A stretch of 64,000 nucleotides of DNA, taken from an uncultured archaeon. Lineage in GTDB: Archaea > Thermoproteota > Bathyarchaeia > Bathyarchaeales > Bathycorpusculaceae. The notes beneath the pieces are model-generated. The model searched no databases. It was given only the letters and a program-made list of their open reading frames with translations, and was not told where the DNA came from. Shown here piece by piece: positions 1 through 11,218 of the stretch (its first letter is position 1; each line of letters opens with the position of its first letter). The position numbers and the translations under genes are program-made. Location of the stretch: assembly GCA_963810275.1 (NCBI GenBank), contig CAWENF010000017.1, forward strand, positions 1 to 64,000, read 5' to 3'.

Positions 1-182
1 TTGGGTCAGCGTATGGCAGAATAAATTGTTTATATGCGGAATTTTCCATTGCGCATCATTGAAGGTATAAACGGCGACATTTTTTAAAACTTGCCATCGC
101 ACAACCGAAAATAGTGCTCTTTAATGGTTTGGTATTTTGAATTGCAGCTGCCAGTAGTTTCCAAATTTTTACATCAAAACTT

Positions 183-449
183 CACAATCTCCACCCAACT
201 TTGGTTTCTTCAGGGGACAGTTGTCCTTTGAATTGGAAATGGAAAGCAGTGAAATCCAGCTGTGATGCATCTTTACTTTCAGCGTTGATTTGGGGGATGA
301 ACTGTAATACATGTTTGAAACTGATAGGTGTATTGAAAATCCCATATCAATTTGTCAGGGTGAGGGGGTACAAGTTTCTCCTGCATATCGGCGTCGCCTA
401 CGGTTTGAAAGCGTTCTCTTGAAATTATTTTAGATTTAGCGATTTTCAT
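183..449 (-). CDS. hypothetical protein, probably frameshifted
   Basis: ATG at 449 just downstream of Nre; a second open frame continues to ~183; no motif recognised. Confidence 0.25.
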
Positions 450-477
450 AACTTCTCGTGTGCGCCGATTAAGTTCA

Positions 478-1875
478 TTACTTGATGTTAGGCTGGAAAT
501 AATCATTAATTCTGCGTTGGAACATCGCCTTCTTGAGCAGTTCGCTTTGGAGTATCCAGCGTTGTATTGGGATTTCGAATTTGCCGCTTAAAAACTGTAG
601 TGACTGGACCAGCGTGTTGAATTTGTATGGTTTTTGACGCATGGCATTTCGAAGCGTCTCGCGTACTTGCCATACACCGATGGGCATGATGTAGCCGGGC
701 GAGCTTCGCGCAGGACGATTGCGGTGGCTTGGCGGCGTTCTTTTATAAGTTGCTCGCAGATGGCGAGTCGTGCGCTGTAGTAGCAGCCGCCAATTGACGC
801 GTATATTTTGCGTCCGTGGTTGGGTTCCCAATCCGAGTAGATGGCGACTCGGAGCCATTGGGGTTCCACACAGTGCCGGGGTACCAGGCCTCCATAGATT
901 CGTAGCTCCACTGCCCTGGAATCATCAAAATCTCAAATATATTATCTAAATAAATGGATTCATACACGCGGTACTCGTTGACTTCAGGAAAAGTCTTAAC
1001 TTTCAACATGAGATTTTTAGAGGTTGTCACATCAACTGCGGTTATCTCCATCTTGTCGGCACCAGCCGTCTTTTTCGTTCTATTCCAAAAGCACCCACAC
1101 TAAATGCTTTTTGTATTTTCGTAATCGTCACGCCTCGACTGTAAAGGTCCACTACGGCTCCTGTGGCTTTAAGGTCAGGGTCGTAGTAAGCTTTCTCTAT
1201 TTTCTGATCGTATCGTGCATTGCTAACACGGAGGTTGCCGATAGGGGCTGACGGCCCGAACGGCTGAACATCGTCGCTCAACGTTATGGATCCTCGGGGC
1301 TTCTTGGTTAGGTTGAGTTCGGTGTCTACAACTGCAGCTGCAAGGGCTAAGTCGCGGGTTTGGTCAAGGATTCTGCCAGCTTCATTCATTTTTGTTACGT
1401 TGACAAGGTGTTTACCTCGTATGAGTAGACTGCGAAAACCTACGATTTCATCCATGGATTTACCAAACCACTGCTCAGGCGAATCGTAAATGCTTGTGTC
1501 CTCATGAAGCGGCGGTACCAATGGCCCGATGTACACGTGAGGGTAGCCGATTCTTCCTATAAATATGCTGGGCGGAGAGTTACCGTCTATGTCCTCTTTA
1601 TCCATCAGTGGAACCGATTTGAGCAACGTGTTAACTTTAACCATGATTGGGCATCGTGTTTTGCCGCATAGAAATCGTGCGCCTTTACAAAGCACACAGA
1701 GGCTGTTTTGGGCGCGTGTGGTAACAACTTGCTCTTCAAGGGGGGTATTGTTGACTTTTCTTATTATGTCTTCGAGCCAGTTTTTCTGGTTTTGCCCCGT
1801 AGCGGCTGGATTTTGCGTTGTGGTCATATCTAAAAGTGTAGGATGTTGTTTTGTGTTCATATCTTTTCTGCACAT
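478..1875 (-). CDS. nreA: archaeal Nre DNA repair protein, split by ~3 frameshifts
   Basis: N-terminal CxxCKGxxxLCGKxxCP, SPPSIFIGRIGYP, RRLVPTRW/(S)ITAVD, GGCYYSARLA and MPIGVWQVRE are spread over ORFs 1042-1875, 743-1051, 588-911 and 478-858; C-terminal PIP box QRRINDYF. Confidence 0.9.
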
Positions 1876-2135
1876 GTTTAATTAAAACTCTTGTTGCATC
1901 TTCAGATTGCGGATATTTCAGTTTTTGAGACAGCCAAGACGGAAAAACCGCCTATATCAACACTTAATATTTGTGTCAATTGTGCAAGTGACCTCGATAA
2001 AGAAAGTAGCCCTAATAATCTCAGAACTAATACTAATAGCAAGCTGGCTTTTTTATTCAGATTAAGCACAGAGAGTTTTTTGGCGAGCAAACTGTTATTT
2101 AGCTGGTTGGGGCTTTGTTGTTTTGGTGCTAACAG

Positions 2136-3054
<919 letters not shown>

Positions 3055-3056
3055 AA

Positions 3057-5273
3057 CTATGTTGATTTGAAGCGGTCAAAAGTTGCGAGGTTGCTCATAG
3101 ACCCGCAGTTAGGGCACTTATGCATTGTGCCTACAAAGCTCTTTTTACAGTTGCCACAGTAGCTCAAAGCACGGTTGTATGTAAAAAACTCGCTTGCCTG
3201 ATTCTCAATTACACGTTTGGTTAAATCCATCAATGCATCAGTCTGGTATTCGTCACAGTCTAACTCAAACACGTCTAAGCTGCCCCCTGCAAGCAAGCCT
3301 TTGGTGATATGTGTTATTTCTACAGTGCCAGTCGGCGCCACCAGGGGATGTGCAGCTTTTATTGGGATACGTTTCAAGGTGGAATAGTATGGTTTGTCGC
3401 GGGTGCCAGCGAATTTGACTTTGACCACGCCGAAGCGTTCAATGTCAAGCTGTGCAAGCCGTTCGGCAGCTTCCCTGTCACCCAACATTACAGGGTATAG
3501 GCGTTTGCCGTATCTTCTGCCATTTTTATGAGTAAACGTCAACAAAGTTGATATGACCTCTGTAGCGAAGTTGTGGCTTTTCTCTGAGTTCAGGGGTTTA
3601 CCGATGAAAGTTTCAATGGCTTCACGGAACCCGGCCAAATTTACTACTCGGCTACAGTTCTCCAAGCGAAAATATGTGTCGCCGTCTGTCTTCTGCAACA
3701 AAAACGGCAGCAATGTTCTGCCAAACTGCCTAAGAGCGTTATTTTTAATGCTTAATGCGCGTGCGGCAAACTCGAAGCGTTCCTTAAGCAAATCAAAAAA
3801 TACAGTTTTGTCCCCACAGCTTTCTAGGGCGATTCTGGGCATATTGATAGCGACGCAACCCAAGCAGCCTGTTCGCAGTGTGTCTATTTCCCAATCGCCG
3901 GTCAAGTCGGCGCTGAATTTGACGCCAGAAGCTGCGAACGTTGAGTTATGGGTTTCTTTTGTGGTCAAATTGGCGAAGTAAACGTTCCCGCTTTGCAAGG
4001 CAAGTTGATGGGCTTTTCTAAGAAACTCCAAAGCCTTTGGATTTTGCAGCGAGTCTGATCGGATTTTTATGACAAGTTTGGGGTTAAGCATCGTTTTTAC
4101 TTCGCCTTCTTCAAGGCAAACATCCAAAATGAGAGATGCCAAAAGCTGGGCTTCCGCTAAGTAGTCACCGTACTTACCTACTACTTTACCCTCTGCGCCG
4201 ATGGCTTCTTTCTCCAGTAACGACTTCGAAGGATCGAAATCCAACCCTAACGTGGCATCAGCGTGCTGGTTAAGGTTTAAAATGAAAAGACGCAGGCTCT
4301 CTTTGAGCTTAACAACTTCGATGTCTCTAGCAAACGGCGAGAGGCTATAGTTAACGTAGCTGTAGGTTTGAGTGCAATCAGTTTCGCGGCTGCAATGGAG
4401 CAGCACGTTAAACGCAACAGAGAGGGCGGATTTAAAATTTATAGGAGGCGGCATAGCTGTTTGGCATGGGTCGGCAAGTCGAAAGCCGTGTTGGAAGAAG
4501 TACCGTAGATCATGGATTATTTCATTGGGCTTCATCAGCCATGTACCTAATCCGTCGATGCGTAAGTCGCCTGAGAGGTGAGCATCTGCGATATCGCGTG
4601 GGAAAACGTTTAGCAATGCATATTCGCCCAGAACGGTTTGCCCAGCCTTGTGGATAGCAGCTTCGCAGGTTAGTGTTGGGTTTTTGGATTCGATAAGTGC
4701 AGCTACTTCGCTGATTGGCAAGCCTACGCGGGTCAGTTTGTTTCTGTATTCCTCGTAACCTTTTTCGACTAAAATACAATTGACGACTTCACGGATAAGC
4801 GGCGCTGTGATATACTTGGTTTTAGATTTAATAAGACGTTTTTCGGTTTCTTTTGCCGCTTTCTGGGCGAGATCAGCCGGAACTTTTGCTTCTTTTATGA
4901 GTGAGTTGGCTATTTTGTTAGCATCAAACTCTTCCAATGTCAAATGAGAGGTGCGCACCAGCATGCCACGGGGCTTGACGGCTTTCTTTTCAACTCTGTC
5001 CGCCACGTCCAGAACCATTTTGCCAAGGTCAGTGAGGTAATACTTTTTTGCCTCCACATCCGCCTCCACCAACCCCGCCTTTAACATGAACTTAAGGTGA
5101 TAGGCAAATCTGCCTGCATCGCGGCTGGGATTCATTTTAAGCTCGTTCATGAGCTCAGTATAAGAGAGGGTGCTTTTATCGAAGAGCAAATTAAGAATTT
5201 GCAGACGCAGGGGTGATGAGACTGCTTTTAAGACTTTGACACCGCGGCTACGCATCGGCTGCTGGTTAACCAT
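3057..5273 (-). CDS. ArsR-type HTH + ATP-cone + class III ribonucleotide reductase (NrdD)-like protein, apparently catalytically degenerate
   Basis: N-terminal wHTH (LKAVSSPLRLQIL...FAYHLKFM), ATP cone (EEFDANKIANSL...APLIRE), DIADAHLSGD, DWEIDTLRTG..INMPRIA, C-terminal CxxC...CPNCG; no RxxGY motif. Confidence 0.85.
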   Translation of the reverse strand: MVNQQPMRSRGVKVLKAVSSPLRLQILNLLFDKSTLSYTELMNELKMNPSRDAGRFAYHLKFMLKAGLVEADVEAKKYYLTDLGKMVLDVADRVEKKAVKPRGMLVRTSHLTLEEFDANKIANSLIKEAKVPADLAQKAAKETEKRLIKSKTKYITAPLIREVVNCILVEKGYEEYRNKLTRVGLPISEVAALIESKNPTLTCEAAIHKAGQTVLGEYALLNVFPRDIADAHLSGDLRIDGLGTWLMKPNEIIHDLRYFFQHGFRLADPCQTAMPPPINFKSALSVAFNVLLHCSRETDCTQTYSYVNYSLSPFARDIEVVKLKESLRLFILNLNQHADATLGLDFDPSKSLLEKEAIGAEGKVVGKYGDYLAEAQLLASLILDVCLEEGEVKTMLNPKLVIKIRSDSLQNPKALEFLRKAHQLALQSGNVYFANLTTKETHNSTFAASGVKFSADLTGDWEIDTLRTGCLGCVAINMPRIALESCGDKTVFFDLLKERFEFAARALSIKNNALRQFGRTLLPFLLQKTDGDTYFRLENCSRVVNLAGFREAIETFIGKPLNSEKSHNFATEVISTLLTFTHKNGRRYGKRLYPVMLGDREAAERLAQLDIERFGVVKVKFAGTRDKPYYSTLKRIPIKAAHPLVAPTGTVEITHITKGLLAGGSLDVFELDCDEYQTDALMDLTKRVIENQASEFFTYNRALSYCGNCKKSFVGTMHKCPNCGSMSNLATFDRFKST

Positions 5274-5384
5274 GCCCTTCTCCCCTGAGCTCCCGAATTT
5301 GTTTGTAGAAGTACCTATTATTCTACTGGAGACTTTAAACCTAACGACAAAAAACAGGTTTATCCTGCTGTTTACAGTTAACCC

Positions 5385-6431
5385 TTAGCTGGGGCAGGGC
5401 TGCTGCTGGCTGATGCAGTGCAGCGTGCCAAACCCGTAGACTAAATCTTTGCAGCAAATACCAACTACTTTTCTGGTTAGAAACAACTTCTGCAAAATAG
5501 ACAGCGCCTTCTCATCATTTGGGTGGTCAAACATAGGCACCAGCACTTTGTTGTTGCCTATGTAGAAGTTGGTGTAGCTTGCTGGCAATCTGCACCCTTC
5601 TTCGTCAACAACTTTGGGCATAGGCAACTTGACGACGCTGAGAGGGTTCCCATCCTGGTCAGTGCTTTTTTGGAGCAAGTCATAGTTTTCTTTAAGCACC
5701 TCATAGTCAGCATCATCCATATCATCCTCAAAAGCGCAGACAACAGTTGTAGGGCTAACAAATCGAGCAAGGTCATCGATGTGACCGTCAGTATCATCAC
5801 CTAAGATACCTCGTTTTAGCCAGATAAAGTGGCGCGCCCCCAAAAACTCCGACAGGTACCATTCAATCTGCTCTTTTTTGAGGTCAGGATTACGGTTACT
5901 GTTAAGCAAGCACTGCTCAGTAGTAAGTAGGGTACCTTCGCCGTTGATATCTATGCTGCCACCCTCCAACACAATGCCCGGACGATAACAACGTAGCTTC
6001 ATTTTTTCGTTGATAAACGCGGGTACTTCTTTGTCTTTTAGGAGGGTTTCATATTTTTCGCCCCAGCTGTTGAAATCCCAGTGAATCATCGCCAATTCAT
6101 GCTTGTGATTGCGTACAAAGATGGGACCGTAATCGCGGAACCACACATCAGCGTAACTAAAAATGTAAAAATGTATTTTGGTAAGGTCTATGTTTGCTTC
6201 TTTGAACATTTTGGTGGCTTTCTCTTTGGTTTGCACGTCTTTCACGAAGAGATTGACATCTTCGCTTGTGTGAATTTCTTTTATTATTTGCACGTAGGTG
6301 GCTTCTACTTGATATACTCGGTCGGGGAAGGTAAAGGGGTCGTAAGGCCAAGCCAGCCAAATCGCAGTGTGCCTTTGCCACTCAGCGGGCATCTTAAAGC
6401 CCAACTCTCGGCAGCCATCAGCATTACTCAT
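5385..6431 (-). CDS. aguA: agmatine deiminase
   Basis: MPAEW, DVWFRDYGP, LEGGSI, DTDGHID, GTLHCISQQQP. Confidence 0.95.
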   Translation of the reverse strand: MSNADGCRELGFKMPAEWQRHTAIWLAWPYDPFTFPDRVYQVEATYVQIIKEIHTSEDVNLFVKDVQTKEKATKMFKEANIDLTKIHFYIFSYADVWFRDYGPIFVRNHKHELAMIHWDFNSWGEKYETLLKDKEVPAFINEKMKLRCYRPGIVLEGGSIDINGEGTLLTTEQCLLNSNRNPDLKKEQIEWYLSEFLGARHFIWLKRGILGDDTDGHIDDLARFVSPTTVVCAFEDDMDDADYEVLKENYDLLQKSTDQDGNPLSVVKLPMPKVVDEEGCRLPASYTNFYIGNNKVLVPMFDHPNDEKALSILQKLFLTRKVVGICCKDLVYGFGTLHCISQQQPCPS

Positions 6432-7326
6432 CTGTGGTTTTCTCCAGTTTTTCGGTTAGTTTTTGGTAGGTATCGGGGCGGCGGTTGCGCAGAAAACCCC
6501 AGCCGTCCTGAATCATCTTGTTCATCGCCAAGTCAACTTCGATAATAACAGTTTCCTCCCCTATGGTGTTGGCTTCCGCAAGGACCTTACCGAATGCGTC
6601 GCACACAAAGCTTCCGCCCCAGAATTGAAGTTTATCTTCCTCACCAACCCTGTTAACTGCTGCCACATGCACCCCGTTAGCGATAGCGTGGGAACGCTGC
6701 ACTGTTCGCCAAGCTTCATGCCAGTCCCCATCCGCTGACGTGTAACCTTTGACATTGCCGATAGCGGTGGGGTAAAACAGAATTTCTGCTCCCATAAGCG
6801 TGCATATGCGGGCGGCTTCGGGAAACCACTGGTCATAGCAGATAAGTACTCCAATTCTGGCTAAAGGCGTCTCAAATACTTTGAAGGACTCGTTACCTTG
6901 TTGGAAGTAGTTTTTTTCATAGAAGTAGGGGTCTTGTGGGATGTGGATTTTTCTGTATTTGCCCATGACTGCCCCGTCAGCTCCGATGACTGCGGCGGTG
7001 TTATAGAGTTTACCGTCTTCTGCTTTCTCGAAGATAGGTGCTATGATAACGACACCGTATTTTTTGGCGATAGGGCTGAAAAGTTCGATTGATGGACCTC
7101 GTATGGACTCCGCGAGAGCCGCGGCATCAACGTTTTCTTGTTGGGGGAAGTAGCGTGTGCGATACAGCTCTTGGAGGCAGATGATTTGGCCGCCAGCCTC
7201 AGCGGCTTCTTCTATTTTCTGGGCGGTTCTTTGCATGTTCGTCGCTAAATCTTCGGAGAGGGCGATCTGAATTAAAGCGATCTTAACAGTTTTTTGGGGT
7301 TTAGTGATGGCTATGGGTTTCTCCAT
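6424..7326 (-). CDS. aguB: carbon-nitrogen hydrolase, N-carbamoylputrescine amidase-like
   Basis: nitrilase triad in CLQEL, YRKIHIP and ICYDQWFPE; overlaps aguA. Confidence 0.85.
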   Translation of the reverse strand: MEKPIAITKPQKTVKIALIQIALSEDLATNMQRTAQKIEEAAEAGGQIICLQELYRTRYFPQQENVDAAALAESIRGPSIELFSPIAKKYGVVIIAPIFEKAEDGKLYNTAAVIGADGAVMGKYRKIHIPQDPYFYEKNYFQQGNESFKVFETPLARIGVLICYDQWFPEAARICTLMGAEILFYPTAIGNVKGYTSADGDWHEAWRTVQRSHAIANGVHVAAVNRVGEEDKLQFWGGSFVCDAFGKVLAEANTIGEETVIIEVDLAMNKMIQDGWGFLRNRRPDTYQKLTEKLEKTTDE

Positions 7327-7485
7327 CCCTTTTGCGTGTTAATTATTCTATAATGAGTTCGTATTAACCTTTTTTGGGCATCAACATCTAAAACCACCGC
7401 AAAAGCCGTCAACACCGTTAAAGGTAAAGAAACTATTTATTAACTAAAGACGTGGACAATACACTGTATTTCAGGGGCACACAGC

Positions 7486-8832
7486 ATGAAAGCATTCATC
7501 GTACAGTTTCCCTTCGGGGTAGCAGCCTTCGACGAAAAAAATCAACTCGTCGAAAAAGCACTGTTTCCACGCAAGCATCAAGCAGCAGCAAAAAGCCTAC
7601 TGCGCACAGAACAGGGCAAACTCTCAGACCAAGCATCCTCACTTATCACGCTTCTAAAAGCTGCAGGTTATGAGGTTTTTGTTTTCCAAAACGCAAAAGT
7701 TGCCGAGACGGCGCAACACAGGATGAAAGTAACGGTTGAAGTGGCTAAAACCACCGAATCAGCAATTTTAAATTCACACATGGCAGAAGTTGCCATACAA
7801 TCAGGCTTCGCTGCAGATCAGCAGGAACTTGATAACTGGAACCGCAACGTAACCATGGAACTTAGCAAACTGCGCATTAAAGGCGCAACGGGTAAACGCG
7901 ACTTAATCGTTTCGCAAGGCATCCAAACACTTGATAGCTTGGACCAAACTGTTAACCTCTTTATGGGGCGCTTGCGGGAATGGTATGGCGTCTACTTCCC
8001 AGAAATGGATCGCCTCGTTGAAAAACACGAAACTTATTCTCGGCTGGTCACCAATATAGGGAGCAGAGACAACTATACCGAGGAAGCCCTTGAAGCAGAA
8101 GGCATACCCAAAGACAGAGCAGTCCTCATAGCCAAGACCGCTGAAGCATCTATGGGTGCAGATATAAACGACCGCGACCTGAGTCAAATTCAAGAACTCG
8201 CTACGGATATCTCAGCCTTCTATGAGCTACGCAAATCAATGGAGGAATACGTTGATTCCACGATGGAGGAGATGGCTCCAAACATTCGCGCAGTCGCCGG
8301 AGCACTCTTAGGCGCACGCATGATATCCATTGCTGGCAGCCTGCAAAACCTTGCCATGCGCCCAGCAAGCACAATCCAAGTGTTAGGTGCAGAAAAAGCA
8401 TTATTCCGTTCACTAAAAACAGGCGCACGTCCACCCAAACACGGACTAATCTTTCAACACACACTACTACACGACGCTAAACGATGGCAAAGAGGAAAAA
8501 TTGCCCGTGTTATTGCAGGCAAACTTGCAATTGCAGCCCGAGCCGACGCCTTCGGCGAAGGACATTACATCGGCGACCAACTCAAAACCGAAATTAACAA
8601 GCGTATTGAGGAAATCCGAGAGAAATACAAAGAACCACCGCCGCCAAAAGAGCCTAAACCAAAGGAAAAACGCGATGGCTTCAGAGACGGCGACCAATTC
8701 CAAAAACGAGTGCCATTCCGCGATGGAGAACACAGACCCTACGCTCAGAAACCTCGCAGAGACGGACCACCCAAAGGCGGCAAATTCAGACACAAGCAAT
8801 GGAGAGATAAGAAACGTGGGCGTCCGAGTTAA
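7486..8832 (+). CDS. nop5: box C/D RNP protein Nop5 (Nop56/58)
   Basis: REWYGVYFPEM, PASTIQVLGAEKALFR, PKHGLIFQH; basic tail; adjacent to fibrillarin. Confidence 0.95.
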   Translation: MKAFIVQFPFGVAAFDEKNQLVEKALFPRKHQAAAKSLLRTEQGKLSDQASSLITLLKAAGYEVFVFQNAKVAETAQHRMKVTVEVAKTTESAILNSHMAEVAIQSGFAADQQELDNWNRNVTMELSKLRIKGATGKRDLIVSQGIQTLDSLDQTVNLFMGRLREWYGVYFPEMDRLVEKHETYSRLVTNIGSRDNYTEEALEAEGIPKDRAVLIAKTAEASMGADINDRDLSQIQELATDISAFYELRKSMEEYVDSTMEEMAPNIRAVAGALLGARMISIAGSLQNLAMRPASTIQVLGAEKALFRSLKTGARPPKHGLIFQHTLLHDAKRWQRGKIARVIAGKLAIAARADAFGEGHYIGDQLKTEINKRIEEIREKYKEPPPPKEPKPKEKRDGFRDGDQFQKRVPFRDGEHRPYAQKPRRDGPPKGGKFRHKQWRDKKRGRPS

Positions 8833-9517
8833 GCCAAACGACAAGTTCAAAGAGATTTATCAGGTGCTCTTGGAAGATGGCGCAAAACGTCTGGGTACCA
8901 AGAATCTTACCCCGGGCTTGAACGTTTACGGCGAACGCCTCATCAAATTCCGCGGCGGCGAGTACCGCGTGTGGGATGCTTTTCGCAGCAAGTTGGCTGG
9001 TGCGATCATTAAGGGCTTGCAAAATGTGCCCATCGAACCCGGCTACAAAGTGCTCTACTTGGGCGCTGCGTCGGGCACCACTCCGAGTCATGTCAGCGAC
9101 ATAGTCGGAGAGGCTGGCTATGTTTACTGCGTCGAATTTGCCCAGAGGTCTTTGCGCGACCTCGTCAACAACGTTGCGGCTTATCGCCCAAACATCAGCC
9201 CCATGCTCGAAGACGCACGCATGCCTGAGCGCTATGCGATTTTTATCAGCGGCAAAGTCGACACTATCTACTGCGACGTAGCCCAACCCGAACAAGCTAA
9301 GCTGCTGGCGGACAACGCAGACTTATTCTTAAAGGATAATGGCTGGGTTATGCTGGCATGTAAATCGCAAAGCATCGACGTAACAATGGCGCCTGAACTC
9401 GTTTACAGGCAGGAAGCCCGAGTACTGAAGAATCGAGGTTACGACATTAAGGAAATCGTGGAGCTAGATCCCTACGATAAATTGCACGCAATGATAGTAG
9501 CACAAAAAACTAACTGA
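8816..9517 (+). CDS. flpA: fibrillarin-like rRNA/tRNA 2'-O-methyltransferase
   Basis: WDAFRSKLA, VLYLGAASGTTPSHVSD, DVAQPEQ; GTG start at 8816 overlaps the nop5 end. Confidence 0.95.
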   Translation: MGVRVKPNDKFKEIYQVLLEDGAKRLGTKNLTPGLNVYGERLIKFRGGEYRVWDAFRSKLAGAIIKGLQNVPIEPGYKVLYLGAASGTTPSHVSDIVGEAGYVYCVEFAQRSLRDLVNNVAAYRPNISPMLEDARMPERYAIFISGKVDTIYCDVAQPEQAKLLADNADLFLKDNGWVMLACKSQSIDVTMAPELVYRQEARVLKNRGYDIKEIVELDPYDKLHAMIVAQKTN

Positions 9518-9896
9518 CAATTTTAGAGTGTAACTTTATCCTAAATTCTGTCTGTCGCCACTTATGCATGGCGAGGTTTTTAGTATTTTATCAATAGGCG
9601 TTTTGCGAAAAGAGAGAGCGCTATATAATAACAGCTGCTGAGAAACGATGCAAAATAAAAAACGTATCCGCCCTCCCCTCAACACAGCGCCCTAAACAGA
9701 GGTCTACAAACCCCGATGGCGCTTCATATCTTCCTGAGAATAAATGTTGGGTTCGATCCTTTGAAAGAAAAATCATACAGCCGCTTCCCTCCAGTTAGAC
9801 ACTTGTCTACTCATAAGACATGTGTCAATACATTTTTAAAACAGCACCACCCATTTTTTACTCGTTCACTCTAAAATCAATTAAGGACTGATTTGT

Positions 9897-11153
9897 TTGC
9901 AGATTTCTTTTTTAGGCGGAGCAAGAGAGGTCGGGAGAATAGGCATATCCGTAAAGACAGCAAAGACACAGGTAATCATTGATTACGGCGTTATGTTTGA
10001 TAATACGCCTGGGTTCCCGATGCATGTACCACCTAAGGATGTGGATGGCTTGATTTTGACCCACAGCCACCTTGACCACAGCGGTGCATTACCTATTTTT
10101 TACATAAATGACAATATTCCGCTTTTCACAAACAAACTAAACCTCGCGCTTTCTCAACTTCTCATACAGGACTTTATCCATCTCTCAAGCTACTACCTGC
10201 CTTTTGAGTATCTTGAACTAAAAACCATGATGAAAAACAACCATCACCTCGAATTTGGACAAACCATCAATTTGGGTGATATGAAAATTACCCTCGTAAA
10301 TGCTGGCCACACCCCTGGCAGCGCACAGGTCATAATCGAAGCCGAAGGCAAACGGTTCCTCTACACAGGAGACTTCAATACAGAGGAATCGAAGATGCTT
10401 GCAGGCGCCTCCATGGATTACGGGGACTTCGACGCAGTTGTAACAGAAGCAACCTATGCAGATAGCGACCACACAGAACGCAGCCTACTCGAACGCGATT
10501 TTCTGGAAGCATGTAAAGATGTTGTAGAAACCGGCGGCACCGTTTTGGTTCCCGCATTCGGGGTTGGGCGTTCACAGGAGATGGCTGCTATTTTGGCTTC
10601 AAACCACTTCGAGTATCCAATAGTGATTGATGGCATGGCGCGCGAAGCCAGCAGAATCATCATGAACTACAAAGAGTTCCTAAAAGATCCCAAAATGTTC
10701 ATGAAAGCCATGCACAGCTGCGACTGGGTTGAGGATTGGCGTGATCGGCGAAGAGCTCTCAAAAACCCCAGTGTAATCGTAACCACTGCGGGCATGCTTA
10801 AAGGCGGACCTGCAGCTTTTTACGTTTCCAAACTAGGTAAAAAAGCCATAAACGCCGTGTACCTTGTTAGCTACCAAATCCAAGGCACACCCGGCAGAGA
10901 ATTAATGGAGAAGGGCATGTGCACTATAGACGGTAAAGTAAGAAAAATCAAAGCACAGTACCGGCACTTCGACTTCAGTAGTCACTGCGGCGCTTCACAG
11001 CTAAAAGACGCTTTAGCCAAACTTGGCGGTAAACCCAAAGTTTTCGCTGTACACGGCGCTGAAGGCAACTGCGAGTTGTTTGCGGATTGGGCTAAGTCTG
11101 ACTTAGGGTTAGATGCTGTGGCGCCCCGTACTGGAGATACATACCAAATCTAA
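9897..11153 (+). CDS. MBL-fold beta-CASP ribonuclease (aCPSF2-like, no KH domains)
   Basis: GGAREVGR, HSHLDH, AGHTPG, YTGD, FSSH, AVHG. Confidence 0.9.
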   Translation: MQISFLGGAREVGRIGISVKTAKTQVIIDYGVMFDNTPGFPMHVPPKDVDGLILTHSHLDHSGALPIFYINDNIPLFTNKLNLALSQLLIQDFIHLSSYYLPFEYLELKTMMKNNHHLEFGQTINLGDMKITLVNAGHTPGSAQVIIEAEGKRFLYTGDFNTEESKMLAGASMDYGDFDAVVTEATYADSDHTERSLLERDFLEACKDVVETGGTVLVPAFGVGRSQEMAAILASNHFEYPIVIDGMAREASRIIMNYKEFLKDPKMFMKAMHSCDWVEDWRDRRRALKNPSVIVTTAGMLKGGPAAFYVSKLGKKAINAVYLVSYQIQGTPGRELMEKGMCTIDGKVRKIKAQYRHFDFSSHCGASQLKDALAKLGGKPKVFAVHGAEGNCELFADWAKSDLGLDAVAPRTGDTYQI

Positions 11154-11218
11154 TGCCACCACCGCTGGAAAGGTTATTTTGTTACCTCTTCATCTAAATG
11201 CAAGTGTGTTGGCATGAA

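Noticed and set aside
8501-8815. Long N-terminal extension of fibrillarin
   Set aside because: Overlaps nop5 in another frame; GTG 8816 gives a normal length. The same applies to the PHP (22947) and PAC2 (21156) extensions
9540-9850. Possible ncRNA or tRNA after fibrillarin (GGGTTCGATCCT)
   Set aside because: Only a T-loop-like word; no cloverleaf or C/D boxes found
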